A DNA stretch of 64,000 nt. It comes from Candidatus Iainarchaeum sp. GTDB lineage: Archaea > Iainarchaeota > Iainarchaeia > Iainarchaeales > Iainarchaeaceae. Made by a program: the position numbers and the translations under genes. The stretch covers positions 794-64,793 of the forward strand of contig JBDRLP010000025.1 in assembly GCA_043812975.1 (NCBI GenBank). The letters run 5' to 3'. Under the pieces are notes generated by a model. It ran no database searches and was not told where the DNA came from. It saw only the letters and a list, made by a program, of their open reading frames with translations. Shown here one piece after another: positions 9,874 through 20,071 of the stretch (positions are counted from its first letter, which is position 1; every line of letters begins with the position of its first letter).

Positions 9874-10950
9874 TTAGGCTGAAAAAGAGTCTATTTCCTG
9901 CAACAATTTTTTTGCTTTGGAATTCTTTTCAAAGTGTTTCCTTACCGGTTCAAGGAGTTCGTTGATGTATTTTGTTGTACCTTGCTTCAAATCCATTGGG
10001 TGCAAAGAACCTTTAGCAAAAGCAGATTCTAATTCCACATATGAACCGAATGAAATATTTCCGCCGAATTTTTCCGGCCTTTCCAAATCAAAACTTTTGA
10101 ATTTTTCAAACACAATGTTTCTGCAGTAATCTAAAACAGGATTATCTTCCACTATTTTTTCTGGACAGTAAGCTTTGTTCATTTTCTTTTGCACTTCCTC
10201 TTTCGAATCAGTCATAAAAATTGCACTCGCAGGATTTGATTTAGACATTTTCATTTCAATAGCCCTGTCAACACCCTGAGCACTAGAATCAATTTGTGTT
10301 AAACCAAGAAGCATGTGATGGTGTACAGCAATTGGCTTTTTGTAACCAAGTTTAGGAGCAAGTTCGCGGGCAAATACATTAACTTTTCTCTGATCCATTC
10401 CTAATTGCGCAATATCAACATCCAAGTGAAAAATATCTGCTGTCTGCATACACGGATAAAAAATCTGAGAAGCCTGAAGAATATCGCTTTCACTTCGCCC
10501 CATAATCTGAGAACAACGAAGAGTTCTTTTCAAAGTAGAATTAGTTGCAACTTTCATTACTCTTGCCCAGTAATCCTTATCACCCATAACATCAGAAGCC
10601 CAGAGGAACTCAACATTCTTCATATCCATTCCAACAGCTTTCCAAACTTCAATCATATACTTTCCAGCAGTTTGTATTTTTTCCAAATCAGAATCTAACT
10701 TATTGTTGGCCCACGCGTGCCAGTCCGCTACCCATAACTTGAACTTACAACCGGCTTTAGTCATCTTATTTACATTAATTGCTCTCAGGATTCCCTGAGC
10801 AATATGGACTTTTCCGCTTGGTTCAAAACCATCATAAGCAACAGGATTCTTTTTAGTTTCAAGGAGCTGCCGAAGGTCATCAATAGTAATGATTTCTTCT
10901 CCGACCTGCTGAATTAAATCAAGACGTTCTTCCAAATCCATAAAAACCAC
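9874..10950 (-). CDS. tyrS: tyrosyl-tRNA synthetase, archaeal type
   Basis: YDGFEPSGKVHIAQG (HIGH-like) and KMSKS. The C-terminal block KKAYCP...EDNP...RPEKFGG...SYVELE...LHPMDLK matches archaeal TyrRS rather than TrpRS. Confidence 0.9.
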   Translation of the reverse strand: MVFMDLEERLDLIQQVGEEIITIDDLRQLLETKKNPVAYDGFEPSGKVHIAQGILRAINVNKMTKAGCKFKLWVADWHAWANNKLDSDLEKIQTAGKYMIEVWKAVGMDMKNVEFLWASDVMGDKDYWARVMKVATNSTLKRTLRCSQIMGRSESDILQASQIFYPCMQTADIFHLDVDIAQLGMDQRKVNVFARELAPKLGYKKPIAVHHHMLLGLTQIDSSAQGVDRAIEMKMSKSNPASAIFMTDSKEEVQKKMNKAYCPEKIVEDNPVLDYCRNIVFEKFKSFDLERPEKFGGNISFGSYVELESAFAKGSLHPMDLKQGTTKYINELLEPVRKHFEKNSKAKKLLQEIDSFSA

Positions 10951-11059
10951 TTAGATTAATGCAAAAAGAGTTTAAAAGAGTGATTTTGCCAAAAACACAC
11001 TATTAAAAACAACGAAATCTTACTTATGACTAACAATATACAAAAAAGGAGGTGAAAAA

Positions 11060-11632
11060 ATGATTGGCCTATGGATTAAAGCGCTAACAAACCCACAGGA
11101 AACATTTACTGCGGAAAACAGCAACGCAAGCCTTGGAAAAGGTTTAGTGAACTACGTAATTGCAGGAGTTATTTCAGGTATACTATCATTCCTATTATTT
11201 GGAATTTTAGGTGCTGCTCTTGGAGGCGGTCTTGAAGCAGTAGCTCCAGGAGCAATTTCAATTGTAACAACCCCTATATTCCAAGTAATTGGAGCATTTA
11301 TAGTAACAGCACTATTCTTTGTAGTTGCAAAAATACTTGGAGGTACAGGAAGCTATACATCAATTTTTTATCTGGCTTCTTTGTATGCAGTTCCGATTGC
11401 AGTACTTTCAATGATACCATTAGTTGGTATATTGGCGTCCCTTTACTCACTCTACCTGCTTTATCTGGTAATTAAAATCTCACAAGGATTATCATCAGGA
11501 AAAGCAATTCTGACAATATTAATCCCTATTGGAATATTAGTTATTATTGGAATAATATTGACAGTAATTATTGGAGCAGCAGTATTATCAGCATTTGGTG
11601 GTTTACCAGCAACAGGATTATTTGGCTTGTAA
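11060..11632 (+). CDS. Yip1-like polytopic membrane protein
   Basis: N-terminus LTNPQETFTAE followed by 5 TM segments; 190 aa. Confidence 0.4.
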   Translation: MIGLWIKALTNPQETFTAENSNASLGKGLVNYVIAGVISGILSFLLFGILGAALGGGLEAVAPGAISIVTTPIFQVIGAFIVTALFFVVAKILGGTGSYTSIFYLASLYAVPIAVLSMIPLVGILASLYSLYLLYLVIKISQGLSSGKAILTILIPIGILVIIGIILTVIIGAAVLSAFGGLPATGLFGL

Positions 11633-11870
11633 GCAAGCCAAACCCTTTTCTTTTTTTAAAAAAATCAAAGCAAACCCAAGAATACTTTCAACAACAAATA
11701 TATTCAAAGAACCTTTTGGAGGGAGACGGGTTTAAAAAATATTGAAAATATAACCTTAATTAAACCCACTAATTTAATTAGTACACACAAAGAGAAACTT
11801 CGAAAAAGTCAAAACAACACGTTTTTATAGTATTTTGATGCATAATTAATGCATAAATGGAGGTTTTTTT

Positions 11871-12119
11871 ATGAGGACTACTTTGCAGTTTGAAGGGGTT
11901 CCTGAAGTGATTCTGGATAAGGCAGTTGAATTGGGGTTGGCAAGGTCGAAAACTGATGCAATAAGAATGGGCATTTTCGCTTTGAACAAGGAATACAACC
12001 TAATCAAGGACATTGAGCTTGAAATGGTAGGAAGGAAAATCGAGAAGGAAAAAAGAGAAATGACGGCAAAAAGCCAAAAGTACATTAGTCTTGATGACGC
12101 CATTTCAAAATACAGGTGA
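11871..12119 (+). CDS. putative antitoxin (ribbon-helix-helix / CopG-like) of a type II TA pair
   Basis: 82 aa, charged; 4-nt ATGA overlap with the downstream RelE/ParE-like ORF. Confidence 0.45.
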   Translation: MRTTLQFEGVPEVILDKAVELGLARSKTDAIRMGIFALNKEYNLIKDIELEMVGRKIEKEKREMTAKSQKYISLDDAISKYR

Positions 12120-12394
12120 ACCACTTGGATTTGGAAAAATGGCAAGTCAAACTCAAACCTAAGTGGGACGTTCACTTCAAAAAATTGGATAAAAGCACTC
12201 AGGAAAAAATATTCAAAAAGTTAAAGCAACTCGAACAACCACTACAGGCAAGAGGCCTGCACTCATCAAAATACCAAGTGGAAGAAATAGGTCAGTGCAG
12301 GATTGCTTTTGAAAACAACCAAAAAACAAGAACAAGAGAAGTGCACTTCATAGGAAACCACAAACAATACGAAAAATGGTACAAAGACCAATAA
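12116..12394 (+). CDS. RelE/ParE-superfamily toxin-like protein
   Basis: 92 aa, basic, with C-terminal RIAFE...TREVHFIGNHKQYEKWY as in the RelE/ParE fold; translationally coupled to the upstream small ORF. Confidence 0.5.
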   Translation: MNHLDLEKWQVKLKPKWDVHFKKLDKSTQEKIFKKLKQLEQPLQARGLHSSKYQVEEIGQCRIAFENNQKTRTREVHFIGNHKQYEKWYKDQ

Positions 12395-12820
12395 TCACAT
12401 TAATAAAATGGGATTTCATGGCAAAAGAAAAAAAAGAGTAATTGCACTAATTATTTCTATATTGCTTGCTTTAACATTTGGTATTTTTAGAGAAGGACTT
12501 GGACAAATTATTACATTTAGCTTAACTTTTTTTATAATTTATTTCCTCATTATTTATCTAATTTATAGTGTGCTAAAAATATAGTTTATTTGTAAAAAAC
12601 AATTTAAAAAAGTAAATAAAACTTGCAATATAAGGAACTTTGACTAGAAGAATTCTGAGAGTACAAAACAAACCGGTTAACCGAAACAACCGTCTAAGCT
12701 CCAATATTGGAAGAAGAAGAATATAACTAACGTAACACTCTTTTTCTAAAGAAAACGTATATATTCAAAGAACATGTTGAATGGAGAGACTTTTAGAAGA
12801 TTGTTGGAAGAATATGCAAA

Positions 12821-13411
12821 CTACTTCTTGATAACAATAACTTCTGGGAATTGGTCTTTAAGACTTGAAAACCACTCCGCATAATATCTATCGCCTACTT
12901 TAATATCAAAAAGCACCACGATTAATCCTTCAGGGAAATGTTTGGAATATCTCATACATTTGCTAGCAATAGTGTTAAGTTGTTCTGCTGTAGTTGGACC
13001 TTTTACTTCAATAGCTATATTTTTTAATATTAAATCTGGACGAGATGAGCCTCTTTGAACTTCAACCTTTGAATCAGGAAATTTTCTTTTCAACCAGCCT
13101 TGCAATTCCCCTTGATAACCTTGTTCGTTAAACCACTTTTGAGATGGAGTAAAAGCTTCAATTTCTTTAATTAATTCGGATAAGAAATCTTTTGAGAGAG
13201 GATTAAAAAAATTGTAAATTGAAAAAAGTACTATTGCAAGCAAACCTACTAGTAAACCACCTAACCAAAAAGTAGTTAGAAGATTAGATAATTCTGGATT
13301 GAAAATAATAAGCAAAAAATTCACTAATAGAAAAAGAAGACTAAATGCAATTACAAACCTAATATAAATGCTCCAAACAGATTTGTATTTCAAATACTCT
13401 TCAAAAATCAT
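12821..13411 (-). CDS. membrane-anchored PD-(D/E)xK nuclease-fold protein
   Basis: Two N-terminal TM helices, then a C-terminal domain with RPDLIL...IAIEVKG (D...E.K catalytic pattern of restriction-endonuclease-like folds). Confidence 0.45.
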   Translation of the reverse strand: MIFEEYLKYKSVWSIYIRFVIAFSLLFLLVNFLLIIFNPELSNLLTTFWLGGLLVGLLAIVLFSIYNFFNPLSKDFLSELIKEIEAFTPSQKWFNEQGYQGELQGWLKRKFPDSKVEVQRGSSRPDLILKNIAIEVKGPTTAEQLNTIASKCMRYSKHFPEGLIVVLFDIKVGDRYYAEWFSSLKDQFPEVIVIKK

Positions 13412-13830
13412 TTCTTCTGCCTTCTTTTTCTTCCAAGATTATTAAAAAATTGTTCTACAAAAACAAAACCGGTTATAGCCACAATGAATCCAGAAGAAAA
13501 TCCTCTCAAGTAATTATCAACAAGTTCTATTCCCGTAGAAACATTCAAACTTAAGATAAATAAGCCAACAAAAAAGAACAAAATTATAAAAGAAACTGAT
13601 TTGTTAGTTAACCCCTTAAATGCTAATTTTTTCATCCTAACTGCAATAAGAAAAATCAGCCCAAAAAAACCACTTATTAAAAAAGGAAGTTTAAAAGGAG
13701 CAATATTAGGGTAGAAATATACTGAAAATTCAGAAATAGAATAAACAATTAGAAAACTAATAAATGCAAAAAAGATTGGTTCAATATTATCTACTATTTC
13801 ATTAAAATCCATGAAAAATAAATGCATCAA
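13408..13830 (-). CDS. small membrane protein, hypothetical
   Basis: 140 aa, 3-4 TM, basic C-terminus; overlaps the downstream gene by 4 nt. Confidence 0.4.
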   Translation of the reverse strand: MMHLFFMDFNEIVDNIEPIFFAFISFLIVYSISEFSVYFYPNIAPFKLPFLISGFFGLIFLIAVRMKKLAFKGLTNKSVSFIILFFFVGLFILSLNVSTGIELVDNYLRGFSSGFIVAITGFVFVEQFFNNLGRKRRQKK

Positions 13831-13925
13831 CTAGTTTAAATTAGTTTTTAATATTCAAACACCATTCTATATCCACCTCCCTTCAAGAGCAACAAATATA
13901 TTCTTTATTTGCGTTAGATTCTCTT

Positions 13926-14351
13926 ATGACAACAGTTTTAGCATTCGGAACTTTTGATTTACTTCACCCGGGACATCTTAGTTATTTGAAACAGGCTCTG
14001 GAACATGGAGATAAATTAGTTGTTATTGTGGCTACAGATTCTAATGTGGAAAAAATAAAGAAAAAACCTCCAATAAACGATCAGGAGCACAGGAAAGAAC
14101 TTGTAAAAGCCCTGGAGATTGTGGATGACGCTTTTATCGGAGAAGAGGATGATATGATTAAAAGTGTTGAGAAAGTAAATCCTGATGTTGTTTGCCTCGG
14201 TTATGACCAGCAGCCTGTTGATATTGAATTACAAAAAGCTTTTGATAAAAAAGGAATCAAAGCAAAGATTTTCAGGGCAAAGCCATTCAACGAAGAACAA
14301 TTCAAAAGCTCAAAAATAAAAAAGAAAGTTTTTGAAAACCATAACAAATAA
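13926..14351 (+). CDS. nucleotidyltransferase of the cytidylyltransferase family, most like archaeal FAD synthase RibL
   Basis: FGTFDLLHPGHLSYLK (the family's (H/T)xGH motif), 141 aa; VVIVATD...PDVVCLGYDQ matches the RibL layout. Confidence 0.65.
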   Translation: MTTVLAFGTFDLLHPGHLSYLKQALEHGDKLVVIVATDSNVEKIKKKPPINDQEHRKELVKALEIVDDAFIGEEDDMIKSVEKVNPDVVCLGYDQQPVDIELQKAFDKKGIKAKIFRAKPFNEEQFKSSKIKKKVFENHNK

Positions 14352-14454
14352 ATCGGTTTTAAAAAGCATATAATAAAAAAATTCAAAAAAACAGTAAATT
14401 CGTGTTTTAGGGGCATTCTAAAAAATTATATAGTAGTTTAACGTTATTTTTTTC

Positions 14455-14787
14455 GTGGCTTTTGATGCTAATTGGATTTTAACAAATACCCTTGCAATGT
14501 TTGATGTTCTAATCTTGGGAATAACATTAATGTTTGTAATAAAGATTGCAAAAGCCTATTCAAAAAAACATAAAATTGAAACAAATTACAATTACTTCTA
14601 CATTGGAATTGCACTTTACTTTATCTACAAATTATTCTGGGCAGTAATAATTTACTATCAACTTGCTGATTTGTTTTATGAGTATGGAATAATTGCAAAT
14701 TTAGCCTTGCTTGCAAGTGCAATGCTAATTTACAAAGGAACAAAAGAACTTGATGATTCAACTAGGAGGGCTTTCAGTGGAACCTAG
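14455..14787 (+). CDS. small membrane protein, hypothetical
   Basis: 110 aa, 3 TM. Confidence 0.35.
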   Translation: MAFDANWILTNTLAMFDVLILGITLMFVIKIAKAYSKKHKIETNYNYFYIGIALYFIYKLFWAVIIYYQLADLFYEYGIIANLALLASAMLIYKGTKELDDSTRRAFSGT

Positions 14788-15145
14788 CATAGCCATCATA
14801 GTGGCAGCAGCTTTACACTTTGCGGGAATGCTTTTACTGACACTCTCTCTTATTCATATAGCTGCAATGGCATACCATTTTTCAAAGAACAGGATAAAAT
14901 GCGTTTGCTTTCCCGGAACAAAGCTCCCAATGTATCCGCTGCTCATTGCTGCAGGAGGATTAACTTTTATGTATCTAACATTCACTTATATTCAGGTTTC
15001 ATTCATGCCAATAGAGGCACTATTCACTGAAGGGGTTCATTTAAGATTTATTTCTATGAGCATAACAGTAATAGGCGGCTTAATAAGCTTTTATGGAACT
15101 TACAAATTTTATCAGCTAACTTTAAAGAAAAAGGTGACAACATGA
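14750..15145 (+). CDS. small membrane protein, hypothetical
   Basis: 131 aa, 4 TM; start probably downstream of the overlap with the previous ORF. Confidence 0.35.
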   Translation: MMIQLGGLSVEPSIAIIVAAALHFAGMLLLTLSLIHIAAMAYHFSKNRIKCVCFPGTKLPMYPLLIAAGGLTFMYLTFTYIQVSFMPIEALFTEGVHLRFISMSITVIGGLISFYGTYKFYQLTLKKKVTT

Positions 15146-15372
15146 AACGAGAATCAATAATAGTTTTAACAGTATTAATTTTAATTGCTTTTTTGGTTTT
15201 TATGCAGGTTGAATCAACATTTGGTAATGTAACTCTTGAGAATAATGATGCAAATGAAGCTGACTTAAATGAAATAGTCCTGCCGAAATCATATTTTAAT
15301 CAAATTTTAATAATTACAGGAGCAATAATTTTTATTGTTTGGTATTATTATAGGACAATAAAAAAATATTAG
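15142..15372 (+). CDS. small secreted/membrane protein, hypothetical
   Basis: 76 aa; N- and C-terminal hydrophobic segments; ATGA overlap with the upstream ORF. Confidence 0.35.
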   Translation: MKRESIIVLTVLILIAFLVFMQVESTFGNVTLENNDANEADLNEIVLPKSYFNQILIITGAIIFIVWYYYRTIKKY

Positions 15373-15384
15373 GATTGGATAAAA

Positions 15385-15672
15385 ATGGAGAAAAAAAACA
15401 ATTTTGAAGAGATAAACATACTTGCATTTACCTCAGTGGTATTAGCTGGAGTGCTCTTGGGTTTTATTGTACACGAGATAACTCACCTGATTCTCATTAA
15501 AGAGGTTACAAGTGTAACAATTAGGTTCGGTGGGGCTAAAAGTGTTTTAAGTACTTGTTGTTTAAGCGAAGGAGAATCTGCATTGGAAGAACTAGCATAT
15601 TTCGTTCAATTTGCGGTTACCGTAGGATGGATATTAATCAATAATAAGGTTTTCCTTCAGAAAGAAAAATAA
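15385..15672 (+). CDS. small membrane protein with HExxH-like motif
   Basis: VHEITHLIL lies inside a TM segment; 95 aa; significance unclear. Confidence 0.3.
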   Translation: MEKKNNFEEINILAFTSVVLAGVLLGFIVHEITHLILIKEVTSVTIRFGGAKSVLSTCCLSEGESALEELAYFVQFAVTVGWILINNKVFLQKEK

Positions 15673-15683
15673 ATTAAATACAC

Positions 15684-15992
15684 TTATCTTTCAAGGAGAA
15701 GCTTTTCCATTTCAAATTCTTTCTCAGGACCTTCAGGTTTTAGCAGGGTCTGAACCTGCTTTTCAAACTTGTCCATTCTTTTATTTACTTCCCTGTGTTC
15801 ACGGGCTCTTGCGCTGTTGATTTTCTCAACAAGCTTGTACATTTCATTATCTTTCCTTTTAAGATCTTTCATTCTTTTCACAAGTTTTTTGTTAGAGAAC
15901 CTGTAAAAGTAAATTATTGTCCCTGTGAAAAAAAGCTGCACCCCTATAAGAATCAATGTTTCATTTGCAATTCCCGCAATTATATCAGCCAT
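15684..15992 (-). CDS. membrane-anchored coiled-coil protein, hypothetical
   Basis: 102 aa; one TM plus charged heptad-like region. Confidence 0.4.
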   Translation of the reverse strand: MADIIAGIANETLILIGVQLFFTGTIIYFYRFSNKKLVKRMKDLKRKDNEMYKLVEKINSARAREHREVNKRMDKFEKQVQTLLKPEGPEKEFEMEKLLLER

Positions 15993-15994
15993 AA

Positions 15995-17947
15995 TTAATC
16001 ATCCAGTCCAAGTAACCCTTCAATCCTATTTTCAAAGGAAACTTTCTTCTTCTTTTTTCTATCTTTTCTAATCTTTTTAATTTTTGAATATAAATATTTG
16101 GCTAAAAGCATTAAAAGGATTACCCCTGCAATCAACCACAAATAATCAACTATTCCTGATAAATCCAGCGAAGCTTCCTTTTCAAGTTGGTTTGCAAGTT
16201 CATCAATATCCCCGGCTTCCCTTACTGCTTCGGCAATATCATTATTAATACTAATATAATCAAAATTAGCTACTCTTTGTTTCATGGAACTTACGTTATC
16301 TTTTAAATTATCCAGTTTTTCCACTAAATACTCCGCAACATAGCCTTTAGCATCCAGATCTGAAAGCTTTTTCTCAAGTTTTTCAACCTTATTCTCCAGC
16401 TCTAAAAGGACATCAGTGTAATAAACATTAGGGCTTTGAATAGTGAAAGAGCAAAAAGCGTTCCTCTCCACATCCTTGAAAGCAAGTCTGGCTCTGGCAG
16501 TATAAGTTCCGGGAGAAAGACTGCTTGGAATAAAAACTGAAACCTTTTTTTCCAGCGAAGTACCAGGGTAAACAGCCAGAGGAATAGAAGAAAAACCAAT
16601 TTTCTGGGTTTTTTCATCCTCAATCCACCAACTGAACTCCACATCCTCATAATAATCACCCAAGTTGTACGCGACTATGTTAAAATCATAAGGAAGACCT
16701 GCTGTAGTTGATGCTTTGCTACAAATTGCCTCTAAATCATAACGCAGTTCGCCCCCAATATCATACCTGAATGTTTGAATATCATACTTAATCAACTTAT
16801 CTGGGGATGTTAGTGAAACAGTAACTATATGGGTGCCCGCAGTATCCGGAAACCACTTTTCCGAAAAAGTAACCCTTATAGTTTTTCCTGATGCAAGGAA
16901 AGGCACATCCTCTTGAGAGTAAAACTCAACCTCGCTTCCTCTCAAAATTTGAAGCTGGACCAAAAAATTTGTGTTAAGTGGTATTCCGTGCGAAACAAGC
17001 ATTGTGGCTGTTGCAGGAACACCAAGTTCAATGCTATCAAACTCAAACTGTCTAATAGCTGCTTTGTAGCCTTCGCTGCTTAAGCCTCCGCCACCGCCTC
17101 CGCCACCGCCTCCACCGCCGGTACCTCCTGTAGTTGTTCCGGAGCCGCAATCCGCCGGACAACTGCTGGTGGTTTCACTTCCCTGACAGGTTCCATCTCC
17201 GCACACCGCTCCCGGTCCAGCCACCGCAGAAACAGTGAACCTTCCCAATGTATTGGAGTTGCTTTCTGCATTGCATGTGAATGTTGAGGTCGCGGAATAT
17301 GTTCCTGTTGTGCTTGGAGCTAAAAAGGAATAAATGTATTCCCCGCCTCCCTGAGCACTCATTGTTTTATTTGAGTGAAGCGTACTTAAATCCGGATAAT
17401 AAACATCAATACTTGCGTTCAGGTCATTGAATGCATTGCTGTCATCATTCGTAACACTATTTCTTAGAGTTACAGTATCTCCAGGATTATAATCAGCATT
17501 GTTATTTATCCATGCAATTACAATGTTAAAATTCTTTACATAAATGTACTCGTTCAGATCATAAGTATCATTAACCTGATTTGTATCAGAAGCTGTTACT
17601 TGAAACTTGTAGGTGCCATTAGAATCAAAGGTATAATCAAAAATATAATTACCATCACCCTGATTGGTAAAAGTGATGTTATTGGTGTCACCGTCAGCTT
17701 CATTAACAACAGCAGTAACTGTTACATTATTATCCGCATCTCCGGTAGGGTGCTTGAATACCCTAAGATTAAGTTCCTGGGTTCCCGCAGCATCCATGCA
17801 GCGGGAAGCAGTGAAATCAGCGGTAATAGTAGTATCGCTTTGGGTTACCCAAGATAAGCTTCCATCATTCTGGGATGCTGCAAAAATAACACTGGATAAA
17901 ATGACTAAAAATATGATTACTCCAAACGCTTTCGGATATTTTAGCAT
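15995..17947 (-). CDS. secreted cell-surface protein with C-terminal TM anchor
   Basis: N-terminal signal peptide, T/N/S/D-rich beta-rich body, a (Gly)n linker GGTGGGGGGGGGGGGL, and a C-terminal coiled coil plus TM plus KKKKK tail. Confidence 0.6.
   Translation of the reverse strand: MLKYPKAFGVIIFLVILSSVIFAASQNDGSLSWVTQSDTTITADFTASRCMDAAGTQELNLRVFKHPTGDADNNVTVTAVVNEADGDTNNITFTNQGDGNYIFDYTFDSNGTYKFQVTASDTNQVNDTYDLNEYIYVKNFNIVIAWINNNADYNPGDTVTLRNSVTNDDSNAFNDLNASIDVYYPDLSTLHSNKTMSAQGGGEYIYSFLAPSTTGTYSATSTFTCNAESNSNTLGRFTVSAVAGPGAVCGDGTCQGSETTSSCPADCGSGTTTGGTGGGGGGGGGGGGLSSEGYKAAIRQFEFDSIELGVPATATMLVSHGIPLNTNFLVQLQILRGSEVEFYSQEDVPFLASGKTIRVTFSEKWFPDTAGTHIVTVSLTSPDKLIKYDIQTFRYDIGGELRYDLEAICSKASTTAGLPYDFNIVAYNLGDYYEDVEFSWWIEDEKTQKIGFSSIPLAVYPGTSLEKKVSVFIPSSLSPGTYTARARLAFKDVERNAFCSFTIQSPNVYYTDVLLELENKVEKLEKKLSDLDAKGYVAEYLVEKLDNLKDNVSSMKQRVANFDYISINNDIAEAVREAGDIDELANQLEKEASLDLSGIVDYLWLIAGVILLMLLAKYLYSKIKKIRKDRKKKKKVSFENRIEGLLGLDD
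17087..17125. repeat. (GGN)n simple repeat encoding poly-Gly
   Basis: ccgccaccgcctccgccaccgcctccaccgcc sits inside the 650-aa surface protein gene. Confidence 0.6.
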
Positions 17948-18166
17948 CGTAATAATTAGGAAAAAATAATTATTAATGTTGGGTTTGACTAAAATCAGGA
18001 AAAAAAATGAAAAAAAGCAAAGTTAAAATTAAATAGAAATTACTGAAAAAAATGCGAAAAATACTGAAAAAATATAAAAAAATTATATTAAAATTGAAAT
18101 TAAAATTAGTAAAAAAAATAGTAAATAGTAAAAAAAAATGCAAAAAAAGAAGTTAAATTAAAAAAA

Positions 18167-19180
18167 TTACTCGATTACATTAATAATAAAGTTAATTGGA
18201 AATCCGGATGGTGCAACTGTATTGGAAGCATCAAAGTAAAGATTCCTGTATTTAAAAGACCATTCTCTCTTCTTTTCTATTGGAGGAGCGACTATTGAAA
18301 AATTAACAGAATATTGTCCAGGTGGTTTTCCTTCTTTTAATTTTCCTTTTATTACCAATTGCCTTCCCCAATCAGCACTAAATCTTGGGAATGTTGGAGT
18401 TAAAACAAAAGTGTCAGGAGTTATTTCAACATCAAAATTCTCTAAAGTTTCTTTGGTTGGGATAATACTTGTACCCTGATAAGTCTGAACTCCATAACTA
18501 GTATAGAAAAAAACCACTGCAGTGAAGTCAGTTCTTCCTGATAAACTCAGAGTATCAAATTGTTCAGCAGGATAAGAACCATAACCACTCGTGCCCCAGT
18601 ATTTTGCATCAGGTTTAGCCCAATATCTTAAACCAATTTCCTTGAAATTAGGGTAAAATTCCGGCTGCAAAAAATATTCCTCAGAAAAACTACCTATATC
18701 ATAAGTCCTGCCATTAGCAAACAAAAAAGAAACTTCACTGAAATCCTCTGGAATTGGAGGCAACTGGTCAAAAATTTCATACTCAGAATTAAGGGTAAAA
18801 TACTCAGGAACATCCTCTATAGGAATTCCAAGATGGTCTGCTGCAGATTCAAAAAGATCATATTCATCCCTTTTTGGCTTAAAAGCCTCCTCAAAGTACT
18901 GCTGTCTTACTGCAAATTCTGTAGGAAGTACTCTAGAATCTTCTTTTACATCAGCCAAAGGTAATTCAGTATCAGAAACAACTGGTTCATCAGACAGTAC
19001 AATTAAAGGATTAGTAGGCTGGTTAAAAAACAATAAAGCAAACGCGCCAACAATAACAATAGCCACTATACTGATAATAATCGGGTTAAATGAAGCTTTT
19101 GGTTTTTTGGCTTTTATAGACGCGGTGTTCGGATTTTCTTTTTGATTAGAATTAATCTCATTTTCAGTTTCCAAATTCAC
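18167..19180 (-). CDS. membrane-anchored protein, paralog A of an uncharacterised YFLQPEFYP-motif family
   Basis: 337 aa; one N-terminal TM; shares EEYFLQPEFYPNF..GLRYW...GYGSYP with the 20072..20863 product. Confidence 0.5.
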   Translation of the reverse strand: MNLETENEINSNQKENPNTASIKAKKPKASFNPIIISIVAIVIVGAFALLFFNQPTNPLIVLSDEPVVSDTELPLADVKEDSRVLPTEFAVRQQYFEEAFKPKRDEYDLFESAADHLGIPIEDVPEYFTLNSEYEIFDQLPPIPEDFSEVSFLFANGRTYDIGSFSEEYFLQPEFYPNFKEIGLRYWAKPDAKYWGTSGYGSYPAEQFDTLSLSGRTDFTAVVFFYTSYGVQTYQGTSIIPTKETLENFDVEITPDTFVLTPTFPRFSADWGRQLVIKGKLKEGKPPGQYSVNFSIVAPPIEKKREWSFKYRNLYFDASNTVAPSGFPINFIINVIE

Positions 19181-19305
19181 ACCCCTATTTTATTCTATAA
19201 CAATTTTATAATGCTAAAGTATTTAAACAATTCTGTTTTGAGCAATAATTTTTGAGCAATAACACTACTTTAAACATTTTATTAACAACAATTATTTCAG
19301 ATTAA

Positions 19306-19992
19306 TTAACTTGCAACAGATGTTGTCTGGAAATTTGTTATAGTATGGCTTCCCTGAGAAACACCACCTGCCCCACCTTGAGTGAAATTAGGTCCTGCAT
19401 TAAAATCCCCTGATATACAAAGAGTATTAGTGTCAGTTACTAAAAGAGTATTAACAAGTCTTCCGCCTGTTGTTTCATTAAATTGATTAAAGTTTCTGCA
19501 AGTAGATGCAGTTACTGCAGTGGTTGTGTCTCCTTCATTTGAAGCAGTACAATCAAATTCCCAACCGCCTAAACCACTAGCTCCACAACCAGCGCCATCA
19601 CCCATCCAGACTTTTAGAACTAGATTTAAGTCAGCTCCATCAAACGCATCACCGACAATGTTAGCATCAATATCAACACTTACATTACCAGTGTTTGTAA
19701 TTGTAAGTGGAGCCAGACTGGCTGATTGACATACAGTCCCGCCAGAAGCTGCCTCATAAGGCAGGCACTGTGAACCGTTACCATCAACATCAGCATCAAT
19801 AGTACAGGTATCCTCAACAAAGAAAATATTGTTTTGAGAGCATGTACCACCATACGAAAGAGTGTGAGCAACAGCTGATGGAACAACCCAGGTCATTGTA
19901 GTGGTTGCTGTTGTAGCTGAATAAACAGTAATAGCTAATAAAATTGCTATTCCATAAACAAGTAAAACTTTCAATCCATTTCTCATTCTCAC
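19306..19992 (-). CDS. secreted Cys/Thr/Gly-rich protein
   Basis: 228 aa; cleavable-looking signal peptide; many Cys. Confidence 0.5.
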   Translation of the reverse strand: MRMRNGLKVLLVYGIAILLAITVYSATTATTTMTWVVPSAVAHTLSYGGTCSQNNIFFVEDTCTIDADVDGNGSQCLPYEAASGGTVCQSASLAPLTITNTGNVSVDIDANIVGDAFDGADLNLVLKVWMGDGAGCGASGLGGWEFDCTASNEGDTTTAVTASTCRNFNQFNETTGGRLVNTLLVTDTNTLCISGDFNAGPNFTQGGAGGVSQGSHTITNFQTTSVAS

Positions 19993-20071
19993 ACCTCGAA
20001 AAAAATTATAATTCTTTATTCTATAATGCCTTTTCCATTTAAATACTTAACGTTAAATTTGACTTATTTTA

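Noticed and set aside
17080-17271. 63-aa ORF with AEAVAEAVAEA repeat
   Set aside because: It is the frame-shifted reading of the (GGN)n poly-Gly-encoding repeat and lies antisense-independent inside the 650-aa surface protein gene.
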